DNA from: Mariniblastus sp.
Lineage (GTDB): Bacteria > Planctomycetota > Planctomycetia > Pirellulales > Pirellulaceae
Assembly (NCBI GenBank): GCA_028823415.1
Contig: JAPKBL010000016.1
Coordinates: forward strand, 2,062 to 66,061
DNA length: 64,000 nt
Direction of reading: 5' to 3'
How positions within the stretch are numbered: position 1 is the first letter of the stretch; each line of letters starts with the position of its first letter. Made by a program: the position numbers and the translations under genes. Under the pieces are notes generated by a model. The model saw only the letters and a list, made by a program, of their open reading frames with translations, had not been told where the DNA came from and did not search any database. Below, one piece after another: positions 47,509 to 57,351 of the stretch.

Positions 47509-49620
47509 ATGGCAGATTCTGAACAAAATAATTCTCCGCAACCGCCCCCGATCGAAAAATTGACTCAGTCAATCCTCTCGATCCATGGGATCGGCGTACA
47601 GCGCGCTAAATTACTAGAAAAACTTGGCTTGCACACCGCTGCGGATTTGCTGTTCTTTTTTCCCCGCTCCTACGAAGACTTTACCGAACTTCACCAGATC
47701 ACCGAACTTCAACACGAGCAGGTCGCCAACGTAGTGGGCACGGTTGAGGATATCGACCCAGCAATTACCGGACGTGGAAAACACATTTTGTCTGTGCTGG
47801 TTAAACAAGACAACCAATTTTTGAACGCGATTTGGTTTAATCAGTCGTTCATGGCCAAAAAATTTCAAATTGGCCAACGCGTGCTTTTGCGAGGCAAAAC
47901 CAAACTAGCTTCCGGACGTTTTCAAATGTCTCACCCGAAAACAATCTGGCTAGACCCCGATCAAAATATTGAAAACGAAAAACAACTTTCTCCCATTTAT
48001 CGATTAACCGAAGGAATCAACCAGCGGCAAATGCGAGAATTGATTTCCCGGACCATCGATCGCTGTGCCGGACTTATTCAGGAAGCTTTTCCAGATGAAT
48101 TGCGAAAGCAAGTCGAAGTTTGCGAAATCGAAACCGCGATTCGAAAAATACACGCTCCTAAAAACCACGAGCAAATGGAAGACGCGAGATCGCGTTTGGT
48201 TTATCAGGAACTTTTTATTCTTCAACTTGCGTTGGCCATTCGGCGGCACAGAATTAGAACCACCAATGTCTCGCCACAACTTGAATTAACGCCAAAAATT
48301 CGCGCTAGAATTATCGGGCGACTCCCATTTACGCTGACCGAAACACAGAAAAAATCGTTCCAGGAGATTGCGGCGGATATGGGGCAGGCCTTTCCTATGA
48401 ATCGACTCTTGCACGGCGAAGTCGGTAGCGGAAAAACCGTCGTCGCCGTTTGCGCTATGTTGCTCGCTGTCGCTTATGGAAATCAAGCGACGCTCATGGC
48501 CCCAACCGAAATCCTAGCTCAACAACATTTCCAAACGCTTCAAAAACTACTCGAGAACAGTCGCGTCCGGATGGTGCTATGGACCGGCAGTCTCAAGCCG
48601 GCGGAAAGGAAAAAGGTTGCCCAACAAATTGCCAATGGAGAGGTTGATTTGGTGATCGGTACTCAGGCTGTGGTTGCATCCAAAATTAACTTTCACCAAC
48701 TTGGATTGGTTGTTATCGACGAACAACACAAATTCGGCGTTCGGCAACGAGCGCTGCTGAAGCAATCCGGTCACGACCCACACTATCTCGTCATGACGGC
48801 GACACCGATTCCCCGAACCATCTCAATGACTTTGTTCGGAGACCTCGATGTCTCGATTCTCCAACGAACCAGCGGTGTGGGTCAAAAAGTAAATACCTAT
48901 CTCGGACTCGAGGAAAACCGCGATCAGTGGTGGGAATTTTTTCGAAAAAAATTAAAAGAAGGCCGGCAAGGATTCATCGTCGCTCCACTGGTCAACGCCG
49001 AGGACGACTCTGAACTGAGCAGCGCAGAGCGGATGTTTGAAACGCTCGCCAATGGCCCACTCGAAGAATTCCGACTGGACGTTCTTCATGGCAGACAGAC
49101 CGCTGAGCAAAAAAACATTGCGATGCAGAATTTTGTCTCCGGAAAAACACAAGCCATCGTTGCCACAGGGGTGGTCGAAGTTGGAATCAACGTTCCCAAC
49201 GCGACCCTGATGACCATTGAATCTGCCGAACGATTTGGTTTGTCACAGCTCCACCAGTTGAGAGGTCGCGTTAGTCGTGGCACCCATCCCGCGTTCGTTT
49301 GTGCTTTCGCGACCACAAATGATCCAGAATCAAATCAGCGGCTCACTGCCTTTGCTGACACTGACAACGGATTTGAGCTTGCAGAAATCGATCTGCAAAT
49401 CCGCGGCCCGGGCAACCTATTCAGCACCCAGCAAAGTGGATTTCCACCCCTAATGATCGCTGACCTAATTCGCGATGCAGACATACTCAAAGCGGCTCAG
49501 CATGATGCTCGACAGTTAATCGAACGGGACCCTGACTTGGAAGGCAGCGATTACCAGCGTCTTAGGCAGCTAGTCTTCGCGAGGTATGGGAAGGCCCTGC
49601 AGTTAAGCGACGTGGGCTAA
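47509..49620 (+). CDS. recG: ATP-dependent DNA helicase RecG
   Basis: It has an N-terminal wedge/OB region, Walker A GEVGSGKTVVA, the DEQH box VIDEQHKFG, motif VI QLRGRVSRG and a RecG-typical length of 703 aa. Confidence 0.95.
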   Translation: MADSEQNNSPQPPPIEKLTQSILSIHGIGVQRAKLLEKLGLHTAADLLFFFPRSYEDFTELHQITELQHEQVANVVGTVEDIDPAITGRGKHILSVLVKQDNQFLNAIWFNQSFMAKKFQIGQRVLLRGKTKLASGRFQMSHPKTIWLDPDQNIENEKQLSPIYRLTEGINQRQMRELISRTIDRCAGLIQEAFPDELRKQVEVCEIETAIRKIHAPKNHEQMEDARSRLVYQELFILQLALAIRRHRIRTTNVSPQLELTPKIRARIIGRLPFTLTETQKKSFQEIAADMGQAFPMNRLLHGEVGSGKTVVAVCAMLLAVAYGNQATLMAPTEILAQQHFQTLQKLLENSRVRMVLWTGSLKPAERKKVAQQIANGEVDLVIGTQAVVASKINFHQLGLVVIDEQHKFGVRQRALLKQSGHDPHYLVMTATPIPRTISMTLFGDLDVSILQRTSGVGQKVNTYLGLEENRDQWWEFFRKKLKEGRQGFIVAPLVNAEDDSELSSAERMFETLANGPLEEFRLDVLHGRQTAEQKNIAMQNFVSGKTQAIVATGVVEVGINVPNATLMTIESAERFGLSQLHQLRGRVSRGTHPAFVCAFATTNDPESNQRLTAFADTDNGFELAEIDLQIRGPGNLFSTQQSGFPPLMIADLIRDADILKAAQHDARQLIERDPDLEGSDYQRLRQLVFARYGKALQLSDVG

Positions 49621-49627
49621 CTTCAAC

Positions 49628-49978
49628 TTACATCGACCGGATCGCGCCAAAAAACAGTGAAACGATGATTGCCGAACCACAGAGAATGGAAAGTCCGCCG
49701 AGTACAATTCCGATCCAAGCGTGTACCGAACCTTTGATCACTGGATTTCTCTTCCTGTCGGCCAAGCCCATAAAACCTAAAACAATCGAGACAAATCCCA
49801 GTGGAAAAATCAAGAGTGAACCTATTCCAAGATAGTAGGCAATCAGAGCTTTTGGGTTTTTGTAGGGGATTAATCCACCCGTCGCATCGCCTTCGGTGGG
49901 TCTAGCGACATTTTGGGGATTGCCTGTCGCACGATACGGATTGTCCGGACTTTGGGGCATGGAAAAACCTTTCGCCAT
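49628..49978 (-). CDS. DUF4190-like small membrane protein
   Basis: A Pro/Gly-rich N-terminus is followed by two hydrophobic helices separated by GLADRKRNPVIKGSVHAW. The start is ambiguous: ATG at 49978 or 49960, or TTG at 50035, which would lie 3 nt after the upstream stop. Confidence 0.55.
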   Translation of the reverse strand: MAKGFSMPQSPDNPYRATGNPQNVARPTEGDATGGLIPYKNPKALIAYYLGIGSLLIFPLGFVSIVLGFMGLADRKRNPVIKGSVHAWIGIVLGGLSILCGSAIIVSLFFGAIRSM

Positions 49979-50038
49979 TAATTGTCTTGATGAGGGCTGA
50001 TTCGCTACTTTATCAAACAAGTCGAATCTCGTCAAAAA

Positions 50039-51184
50039 TCAATTTGCGACAGCAATCTCTTCCCCTACTTCCCAACTGGTAAATTCGTTTTCATCACGAA
50101 TGACCTTTCGGTAAATTGTATCTCTTTCAATCGGTTCGCGACCCGCTTCGCGGATCAGGTCCTCGAGTCGCTCAACTGATAAAAACTCCGGTGTCGTCGC
50201 ACCTGCATCGTGATAAATCAGTTCTTGCCGGACCGTGCCATCCAGATCGTCAGCCCCGTAGGCGAGGGCAGCCTGAGCGGTGCCGATGCCTAGCATGATC
50301 CAGTAGGCTTTGACATGGTCAATGTTGTCGAGCATCAAACGACTGACCGCAATGGTTCGCAGGTCCTCCGTGGCTGTTGGCTTTTTGATGTGAGCAAGGC
50401 CTGTGTTCTCAGGATGGAATGCGAGGGGGATGAATGTCTGGAACCCGCCCGTTTCGTCTTGGAGATCGCGAAGGCGAATCAAATGGTCGACTCGGTGAAG
50501 TGGTTTTTCCACATGGCCATAGAGCATCGTGCAATTTGTCTTGATTCCCAGCTGATGGGCGGTTCGGTGAATATGAATCCAGTTGTTCCCATCCGCCTTG
50601 TGTTCACAGATCTGATCGCGAACCTCGGGATGGAAAATTTCCGCGCCTCCGCCTGGCATGCTCCCAAGGCCTACGTCACGAAGTTCTTGTAGAATTTCAA
50701 CTGTGGGACGCTTCTCGAGAAACTCAAACCAGTTGATTTCCACTGCGGTCCAAGCCTTGAGATGGAGCTTCGGAAAATTCTCATGCAGCAAGCCAATCAT
50801 GTCGCGATACCAGGCGTACTTTCGCTGGTGATGCAATCCACCAACGACGTGAAGTTCAGTGCAACCATTGTCCGTCGCTTCCTGGCCACGAGCGATGATT
50901 TGAGCATCGTCCATCGCGTAACTCTTGTCACTGCGAAGGTCAGACCGAAAAGCACAGAAAACACACCTGTAGACGCAAACGTTTGTCGCGTTGAGATGCG
51001 AGTTGATATTGTAATAGGCAGCGTTTCCGTTCTTCCGCTCGCGCACAATATTTGCAAGCTGCCCCAAATCATTGACCGGAATTTCTGGGTCGTACATTAG
51101 CAATCCATCATCCAACGATAAGCGCTCGCCAGACTCAATTTTGTCCCGGATAGGCTTCAAGCGTGGATCAACAGAAAAAATCAT
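50039..51184 (-). CDS. Futalosine-pathway radical SAM enzyme (MqnE/MqnC family, MqnE-like by eye)
   Basis: The N-terminus is LKPIRDKIESGERLSLDDG and the radical-SAM cluster motif is NATNVCVYRCVFCAF. Its length of 381 aa and its menaquinone neighbours fit the family. MqnE cannot be separated from MqnC without a profile search. Confidence 0.75.
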   Translation of the reverse strand: MIFSVDPRLKPIRDKIESGERLSLDDGLLMYDPEIPVNDLGQLANIVRERKNGNAAYYNINSHLNATNVCVYRCVFCAFRSDLRSDKSYAMDDAQIIARGQEATDNGCTELHVVGGLHHQRKYAWYRDMIGLLHENFPKLHLKAWTAVEINWFEFLEKRPTVEILQELRDVGLGSMPGGGAEIFHPEVRDQICEHKADGNNWIHIHRTAHQLGIKTNCTMLYGHVEKPLHRVDHLIRLRDLQDETGGFQTFIPLAFHPENTGLAHIKKPTATEDLRTIAVSRLMLDNIDHVKAYWIMLGIGTAQAALAYGADDLDGTVRQELIYHDAGATTPEFLSVERLEDLIREAGREPIERDTIYRKVIRDENEFTSWEVGEEIAVAN

Positions 51185-51401
51185 TTCAGGTCTTTCAGGA
51201 AAAATTTAATTCGCGGGAATTAAGTCGTATTTAAATCAATGTTAAATAAGATCACTGGCCGGTTAAACGAAACTGCCATCTAACGCGGAACGGATGGCCA
51301 TTGGCAGCACTTTACCAACGATCGGTCGAATCCAACGAAGAGTTTATTTTGCCCATTGGAAACTGTCTATCTTACCCTGTAAATAACCGCTTCCAGCTCA
51401 G

Positions 51402-52325
51402 TTAAATAACCAGCAAATCGACTGTCCCCGCTGCCAATAAACCCGTGCTAATAAGCGAATTCACGTTAAAAAAAGCGACATTTACGCGGTCTAGATCGTC
51501 CGGCCGAACGAGTGAATGTTCGTAAATCAAGAGCAATGTCACACCTGCGAGCGTTACCCAATACAACCAACCAAAACCCAGCCGAGGCCCTCCCCAAAGA
51601 AAGGTCCAAGGCAGGATGGCCAACAGACAGATCATGATCAGATGGCAGACACCAGCCAATCGCAATGCACCGCCGATTCCAAGCCTCACCGGGATGCTGT
51701 TCAAATGATGATCGCGGTCGTACTCGAAATCCTGACAAGCATAAATCATATCGAATCCGGCAACCCAAAATAGGACTGCGAGTCCAAGAACGATCGAAGG
51801 CAGCAAATCCAGAGGGTTATCTAAAACCACAAGGCCTCGAATAGCAAGCCAGACGCAAACGGGTGAAAGCATCAATGCCAGGCCAAGCCAAAAATGTGCT
51901 AGTGACGTGAATCGCTTCGTATAGCTGTAACCGAACAGAATCCCCATGACCGGAAGCGCAACCAAGAGCGGAAGATAATTGGGAAGAAAGAAGCAGGTTC
52001 CTGCAACGAATAAAAGTGTCGAAAACACGGTAAAAAACACGACCGATCCGACCGACAATTCACCTGCTGGCAAATGCCGACGAGCCGTGCGAGGGTTTTT
52101 AGCATCAATGGCGCGGTCCGCAAGGCGATTAAATGCCATCGCGGCACTGCGAGCCCCGACCATGCAAATTAGAATTCCAACAAAATGCAGCCACCGAAAA
52201 CTCACGAGCCCCTCGGGATCTGGCACCGACCACGCCATGACCGCAGCTAACAGCGCAAAGGGCAACGCGAAAATGGTATGACTGAACCGGATCATCTCCA
52301 GTAGTTTTTTGAATTGCGGAAGCAT
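51402..52325 (-). CDS. UbiA-family aromatic prenyltransferase (MqnP-like)
   Basis: It is polytopic and has the two Asp-rich motifs NRLADRAIDAKNPRTARR and DMIYACQDFEYD. Confidence 0.85.
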   Translation of the reverse strand: MLPQFKKLLEMIRFSHTIFALPFALLAAVMAWSVPDPEGLVSFRWLHFVGILICMVGARSAAMAFNRLADRAIDAKNPRTARRHLPAGELSVGSVVFFTVFSTLLFVAGTCFFLPNYLPLLVALPVMGILFGYSYTKRFTSLAHFWLGLALMLSPVCVWLAIRGLVVLDNPLDLLPSIVLGLAVLFWVAGFDMIYACQDFEYDRDHHLNSIPVRLGIGGALRLAGVCHLIMICLLAILPWTFLWGGPRLGFGWLYWVTLAGVTLLLIYEHSLVRPDDLDRVNVAFFNVNSLISTGLLAAGTVDLLVI

Positions 52326-52383
52326 GAGTTTACTGCTGCTCTCTTAATGCTCAAACCAAAAATCGTGGAATCGCAATAGTCGT

Positions 52384-52986
52384 TTACTCCACTCCCCAGC
52401 GACCGACTAAATTGTGCTCAATATCGAACTGATCCAATATACGCGCGGCGATAAAATCAACCAAATCCGAAACTGCTCCAGTCTCTTGATAAAACCCCGG
52501 CGACGCTGGCAAAATAGTCGCCCCGGCAGCACACGCCGTTCGCATATTGTCGATCTGAATTAATGATAAAGGCGCCTCTCGGGGGACTAAAACGAGTGGC
52601 CTATTTTCCTTGAGGTGAACATCCGCTGCCCGCTGAATTAAATTACGACTCGACGCCGTCGCAATTCCAGACATCGTCCCGCCGCTGCACGGGCAAACGA
52701 TCATCCCGCGGGTCTTAAATGAACCACTGGCGATAGGCGTCATGAAGTCTTTGTAGTGATGATAAGTCAACGTGCCATCGGAAGCATGGCCAGGCAGAAG
52801 CTGTTGGATCTCGAATTGGTGAAGGTCAAGGTCCAGATTTAGCTCATGCTTTGCCACCACTTTCGCAGATTCGCTAATGGTCAGATGAACTCCGACTTTA
52901 GACTCCAGCAAAACCTGAAGCAAACGCTGACCGTAAACCAGCCCGCTGGCTCCAGTGATCGCCAAAACAATTGGGGGTTGACTCAT
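52384..52986 (-). CDS. ubiX: UbiX-type flavin prenyltransferase
   Basis: It has LAITGASGLVYG and VCPCSGGTMSGIA and a family-typical length of 200 aa. Confidence 0.9.
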   Translation of the reverse strand: MSQPPIVLAITGASGLVYGQRLLQVLLESKVGVHLTISESAKVVAKHELNLDLDLHQFEIQQLLPGHASDGTLTYHHYKDFMTPIASGSFKTRGMIVCPCSGGTMSGIATASSRNLIQRAADVHLKENRPLVLVPREAPLSLIQIDNMRTACAAGATILPASPGFYQETGAVSDLVDFIAARILDQFDIEHNLVGRWGVE

Positions 52987-52996
52987 TCTTCACTCG

Positions 52997-53701
52997 CTAC
53001 TTGGTTCCGATATAAAGCGTCGCTATCCCGAAAGTCAGGGGATAGAACTTAGCCGTCGATAATCCGGCTTTTAACATGCGTTCGGTCAGTTGTTCGTAGC
53101 AGGGGAATTCACCAACGCTGTCGGGTAAATAACTGTAGGCGCTCGAATCGTTTCGTGCCAACCACTGACCAATCCGAGGAAGTACATTTTTAAAATACCA
53201 ACCATACAAGCCCTTGATCGGTTGGAATCTCGGCACCGAAAACTCTAGGATTGCAACTTGGCCGCCCGGTTGGCAAACCCGTGTCATCTCGCGGAGGCCC
53301 AGATCAGTATCCGCCACATTGCGTAACCCGAAGGCGGCTGAAACAACCTGAAACCGATCGTCATCGAAGGGGAGATTTTGAGCATCCGCTTCAACAAATG
53401 AAACATCCCGATCGGTCTTGTCACTCTTTTCCCGACCGACCTCCAGCATTTCGTAACAAAAATCCGAACCGACCACTGGAGCCCGTCCTTGCGTGTATTT
53501 ATGAAAGGAAAACGCGAGGTCACCCGTTCCCGTGCAGACATCCAAAATTGGGTCCGTTTGATTCGGCTTTAGTTTGCGGACGGACTTCCATCGCCAGTAC
53601 CGATCGACATTCATCGACAAGAGATGGTTCATTCGATCGTATTTGGGCGCAATTTCGCCGAACATCTTTCGAACTCGCTCATTTGATTTATCGACAACCA
53701 T
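52997..53701 (-). CDS. ubiE: Demethylmenaquinone/ubiquinone C-methyltransferase UbiE/MenG
   Basis: It has VRKMFGEIAPKYDRMNHLLS and the SAM motif LDVCTGTGDLA. The start is assigned to MVVDKSNERV at 53701, while the ORF track extends to 53779. It lies 10 nt upstream of ubiX. Confidence 0.9.
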   Translation of the reverse strand: MVVDKSNERVRKMFGEIAPKYDRMNHLLSMNVDRYWRWKSVRKLKPNQTDPILDVCTGTGDLAFSFHKYTQGRAPVVGSDFCYEMLEVGREKSDKTDRDVSFVEADAQNLPFDDDRFQVVSAAFGLRNVADTDLGLREMTRVCQPGGQVAILEFSVPRFQPIKGLYGWYFKNVLPRIGQWLARNDSSAYSYLPDSVGEFPCYEQLTERMLKAGLSTAKFYPLTFGIATLYIGTK

Positions 53702-53892
53702 ATTTGGCACTGCTTCCCACATCGTCTGTCTTGGGGACCTTGGAATACGTGATTTTGCGGATTTTTCACCGCAGAACATTGTTAATGTCGCTGTACTTGA
53801 ACTGACCGAATCTGTCAGGATACATTAACTGGTGGGAAATGCTATGGAGCTTTCAAACCAGTCGAAAATATCAAAGTTTTAGCCAAAAACAC

Positions 53893-54669
53893 ATGAATCA
53901 ACCCATAATTGACGTGGCGCTACTACCTGATTTGGTATCCCCTGAATCGCTCGCGGAACAAACAGTTATCGTCGTCGATGTGTTGCGAGCAACGACAACG
54001 ATTGTGAGTGCGATTTACAACGGATGCATCGAAGTACTGCCCCAACCCAGCGTCGAATCCGCTCGGGAAACCCACCGCCAGTTCTCCGGAAATGCGGTCA
54101 TCGGCGGAGAGCGAGGGGGTCAGATCGTCGAGGGATTTCATCATGGCAATTCGCCAATCGAATACACACCAACGGCAATTAAAGACAAGACTCTGATCCT
54201 GGCCACGACCAATGGGACGGTTGCGATGGAACATTGCCGTGCCGCGAATCGGGTACTGATCGGTGCGATGGTCAATCTCAGTGCGGTCGCTCAGCAGGTC
54301 AAAGACGATCCTCAGGTGACGGTAGTATGCTCGGGAACCGATCGCTCCATTACCAGCGAAGATGTTCTGTTCGCCGGTGCCCTGCTGGAGCGAATCATTG
54401 CGCTTCGAACCGAGTCAAGCCAGCCCCCAGGGCAGTTGACGGATATGGCGTCTATCGCACTGGGGCACTGGAAAACAACTCGACGGGCGTTAGACAATGG
54501 AAAGCCACTCGCAGATTTTTTCCGAAACGCCAGAGGGGGTCTCAATTTGGTTAAAATTGGGCATGATGCCGACATCGTCTTTGCTTCCCAAATCGACACT
54601 TTCAATCTCGTCCCAGAACTCGACCTGAAAAGTTGGATTATTAGAGTCCCACCGTCGGAGAAAAATTAA
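53893..54669 (+). CDS. 2-phosphosulfolactate phosphatase (ComB) family protein
   Basis: The family signature VVDVLRATTTI lies near the N-terminus, followed by GGERGG and ATTNGT. The start is assigned to MNQPIIDV at 53893. Confidence 0.7.
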   Translation: MNQPIIDVALLPDLVSPESLAEQTVIVVDVLRATTTIVSAIYNGCIEVLPQPSVESARETHRQFSGNAVIGGERGGQIVEGFHHGNSPIEYTPTAIKDKTLILATTNGTVAMEHCRAANRVLIGAMVNLSAVAQQVKDDPQVTVVCSGTDRSITSEDVLFAGALLERIIALRTESSQPPGQLTDMASIALGHWKTTRRALDNGKPLADFFRNARGGLNLVKIGHDADIVFASQIDTFNLVPELDLKSWIIRVPPSEKN

Positions 54670-54834
54670 AATACTTGCCATCATCGCGCGTTCCTCCCGC
54701 CTACTGTTAAAGCCCTTGAGAACGTAAAATAATGTCACTGGGATCTCGCCATTCCAAGGTGATATCGAGTCGCAACAATTACGACTCACCCCAATGCCAT
54801 CGCAACACTTAAGCTTCCTACTGGACCCTGACCC

Positions 54835-56442
54835 ATGAACATGGACTCGATTGTCTCCCTCTGTAAACGACGTGGTTTTCTATTTCAATCCAGCGAAATC
54901 TATGGTGGCTTACAGGGTTTCTGGGATTATGGCCCTCTCGGGGTGGAACTCAAACGAAACGTAAAAGAAGCGTGGTGGTCCGACATGGTGAACGGACATG
55001 ACGACATGAACACGCTCTCGGGTGCTCCCTCTCCGTACGCGATGGAAGGTCTGGACTGCACAATCATCATGCATCCTCAGGTCTGGAAATGTTCAGGGCA
55101 CTACGATCTTTTCCACGACCATATGGTTGACTGCCGAGAGACAAAAAAACGTTACCGATATGATCAGATTAACGGGCGCTGGGTGGAGGCAAAAGGTCGG
55201 AAAATATTCGTGACGGCCCCGGCGGGAGATGAAGAACAAGCACATCTGACCAAACAAGCACTTAAATTTTTCAACCTTCGCAATAAACACATCGACGATT
55301 TGAAATGGGAAGGTTCTGTCGTCTGTTTGACGGATCTGGAAAATTTCGACGAGGTGCTCGGGCCTGATGCTAAATCTCTGGGTTCTCTAACCGAGCCTCG
55401 TGAATTCAATTTGATGTTCAAAACCTTCGTCGGCGCACTTTCAGGAGAGGAGGGCACTGCGTTCTTGAGACCTGAAACTGCACAAGGGATTTTCGTTAAT
55501 TTCAAGAATGTTCTCGACAGCACCCGGCATCGACTGCCGCTGGGAATTGCCCAAGTGGGAAAGAGCTTCCGAAACGAAATCACACCTCGCAATTTCACAT
55601 TCCGCTCACGTGAATTTGAGCAGATGGAAATCGAATTCTTCTGCCACCCGGATCAGTCGCAAGATTGGTATCGCTATTGGCGAGACCGACGCCTGAACTG
55701 GTATCACAAATTGGGCATTTCAGGGGACAACCTCATCATGCGAGAGCACCATCAAGGTGAGCTAGCGCACTATTCGATCGGCACCGCTGATATCGAGTAC
55801 GCCTTTCCTTTTATGTCGGAAGGGGAATATGGCGAACTTGAGGGCGTTTCCCATCGAGGAGATTTCGATTTACGGAGTCATATGGAAGGGAAGCTGGATG
55901 AAAAATCAGCCGACCTCGCACTGCAACTGGATGCCGATGGTAATCCAAAATGGAAGGGCAGTGGAAAGGATCTCTCGTACCGCGACGACCTCACCAATGA
56001 AAAATATATCCCCCACGTGATTGAACCGTCCGCCGGCGCCGACCGGGCAACACTTGCATTTATTTGCGAAGCCTACACCGAAGACGAACAGCCTGACGAA
56101 AAGGGAAAAATGAAAACCCGCACGGTGATGAAGTTTCACCCTCGCTTAGCCCCAATCAAAGCGGCCATTTTCCCACTGGTCAAAAAAGACGGAATGCCAG
56201 AAGTCGCGAAAGAGGTTTATCTTGATCTCAAGAAACATTTCAAGGTTTTCTATGATGAAAAAGGAGCCGTCGGACGGCGTTATCGGCGCCAAGACGAAGC
56301 CGGCACGCCGTACTGCATCACTGTCGATGGGCAGACTCTCGAAGATCAAACGGTAACCATCCGGGATCGTGACTCATTGGATCAAACGAGAATCAAGATC
56401 GACGAATGTGAATCGGTAATTCGCGACCGTATCGGTCAATAA
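54835..56442 (+). CDS. glyQS: Glycine--tRNA ligase (dimeric alpha2 type)
   Basis: Motifs are KRRGFLFQSSEIYGGL, FLRPETAQGIFVNF and GKSFRNEITPRNFTFRSREFEQMEIEFF (class II motifs), plus a C-terminal anticodon-binding domain. Confidence 0.95.
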   Translation: MNMDSIVSLCKRRGFLFQSSEIYGGLQGFWDYGPLGVELKRNVKEAWWSDMVNGHDDMNTLSGAPSPYAMEGLDCTIIMHPQVWKCSGHYDLFHDHMVDCRETKKRYRYDQINGRWVEAKGRKIFVTAPAGDEEQAHLTKQALKFFNLRNKHIDDLKWEGSVVCLTDLENFDEVLGPDAKSLGSLTEPREFNLMFKTFVGALSGEEGTAFLRPETAQGIFVNFKNVLDSTRHRLPLGIAQVGKSFRNEITPRNFTFRSREFEQMEIEFFCHPDQSQDWYRYWRDRRLNWYHKLGISGDNLIMREHHQGELAHYSIGTADIEYAFPFMSEGEYGELEGVSHRGDFDLRSHMEGKLDEKSADLALQLDADGNPKWKGSGKDLSYRDDLTNEKYIPHVIEPSAGADRATLAFICEAYTEDEQPDEKGKMKTRTVMKFHPRLAPIKAAIFPLVKKDGMPEVAKEVYLDLKKHFKVFYDEKGAVGRRYRRQDEAGTPYCITVDGQTLEDQTVTIRDRDSLDQTRIKIDECESVIRDRIGQ

Positions 56443-56511
56443 GAAACCGACGGGGCGAGTCCCCGCCGAATCTAGAAATCTGAAATGACGTCAATCCGCA
56501 AACCAGCGGTG

Positions 56512-57267
56512 TTACGCCTCGGCCGCCAAGACTGCCATGGCCTGGTCAGAAATATTGAAGTTGGCCGAAACCATTTGAACGTCATCGTGATCGTCCAGTG
56601 CTTCCATGAGCTTGAGAACTTTTCTCGCATCGTCGACTTCAATATCGACGGTGTTTTGCGGAATGCGTGCCAGCTGCTTTGACTCACAAATGACTTCCGC
56701 CGCATCCAACGCATCGCTCACATCGGTAAAAACATCTAGCTCGCAAGTCACTTCAAAGCTACCTTCATTCGCGGCGATATCCTCCGCGCCAGCCTCCAAA
56801 GCGAGTTCCATCAATTTTTCCTCATCGATCTTCTCGGCCGAAACAACAAACAGCCCCTTCCGATCGAACATGTAGCCGACACACCCAGTAGCCCCCATCT
56901 TGCCGCCACCTTTTTCAAACAGCTTACGCAACTCCGGAGCCGTTCGATTTCGGTTGTCGGTTAAAATGTCACACATGACGGCAACACCGGCAGCGGCATA
57001 GCCCTCGTAGATGATCTCTTCATAATCATCGCCGCCAGCTTCGCCAGAACCCTTTCGAATCGCCCGTTCGATATTGTCTTTAGGCATGCTGGCCGCTTTC
57101 GCATCCTGAATTGCGGTACGCAACCGGATGTTTCCGTCCGGGTCAGCACCCCCCGCTTTGGCCGCAACAATAATCGCCTTCGAAAGTTTGCTCCATGCCT
57201 TTCCACGCTTGGCATCGGTTGCAGCTTTCTTATGCTTGATGTTTGCCCACTTACTGTGGCCCGCCAT
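56512..57267 (-). CDS. yebC: YebC/PmpR family DNA-binding transcriptional regulator
   Basis: It has the invariant N-terminus MAGHSKWANIKHKKA and a family-typical length of 251 aa. Confidence 0.95.
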   Translation of the reverse strand: MAGHSKWANIKHKKAATDAKRGKAWSKLSKAIIVAAKAGGADPDGNIRLRTAIQDAKAASMPKDNIERAIRKGSGEAGGDDYEEIIYEGYAAAGVAVMCDILTDNRNRTAPELRKLFEKGGGKMGATGCVGYMFDRKGLFVVSAEKIDEEKLMELALEAGAEDIAANEGSFEVTCELDVFTDVSDALDAAEVICESKQLARIPQNTVDIEVDDARKVLKLMEALDDHDDVQMVSANFNISDQAMAVLAAEA

Positions 57268-57351
57268 CAGATCACCTCTCCCTTACGAAATTCATGTTCC
57301 ATTAATGCGTCACTCTCGAAATCAACCGCCTGACCCAAAAGAGCCCATTCC

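Noticed and set aside
53251-53805. A 184-aa plus-strand ORF opposite ubiE
   Set aside because: UbiE/MenG motifs on the minus strand are clear. The antisense ORF is Arg/Pro-rich with no family resemblance.
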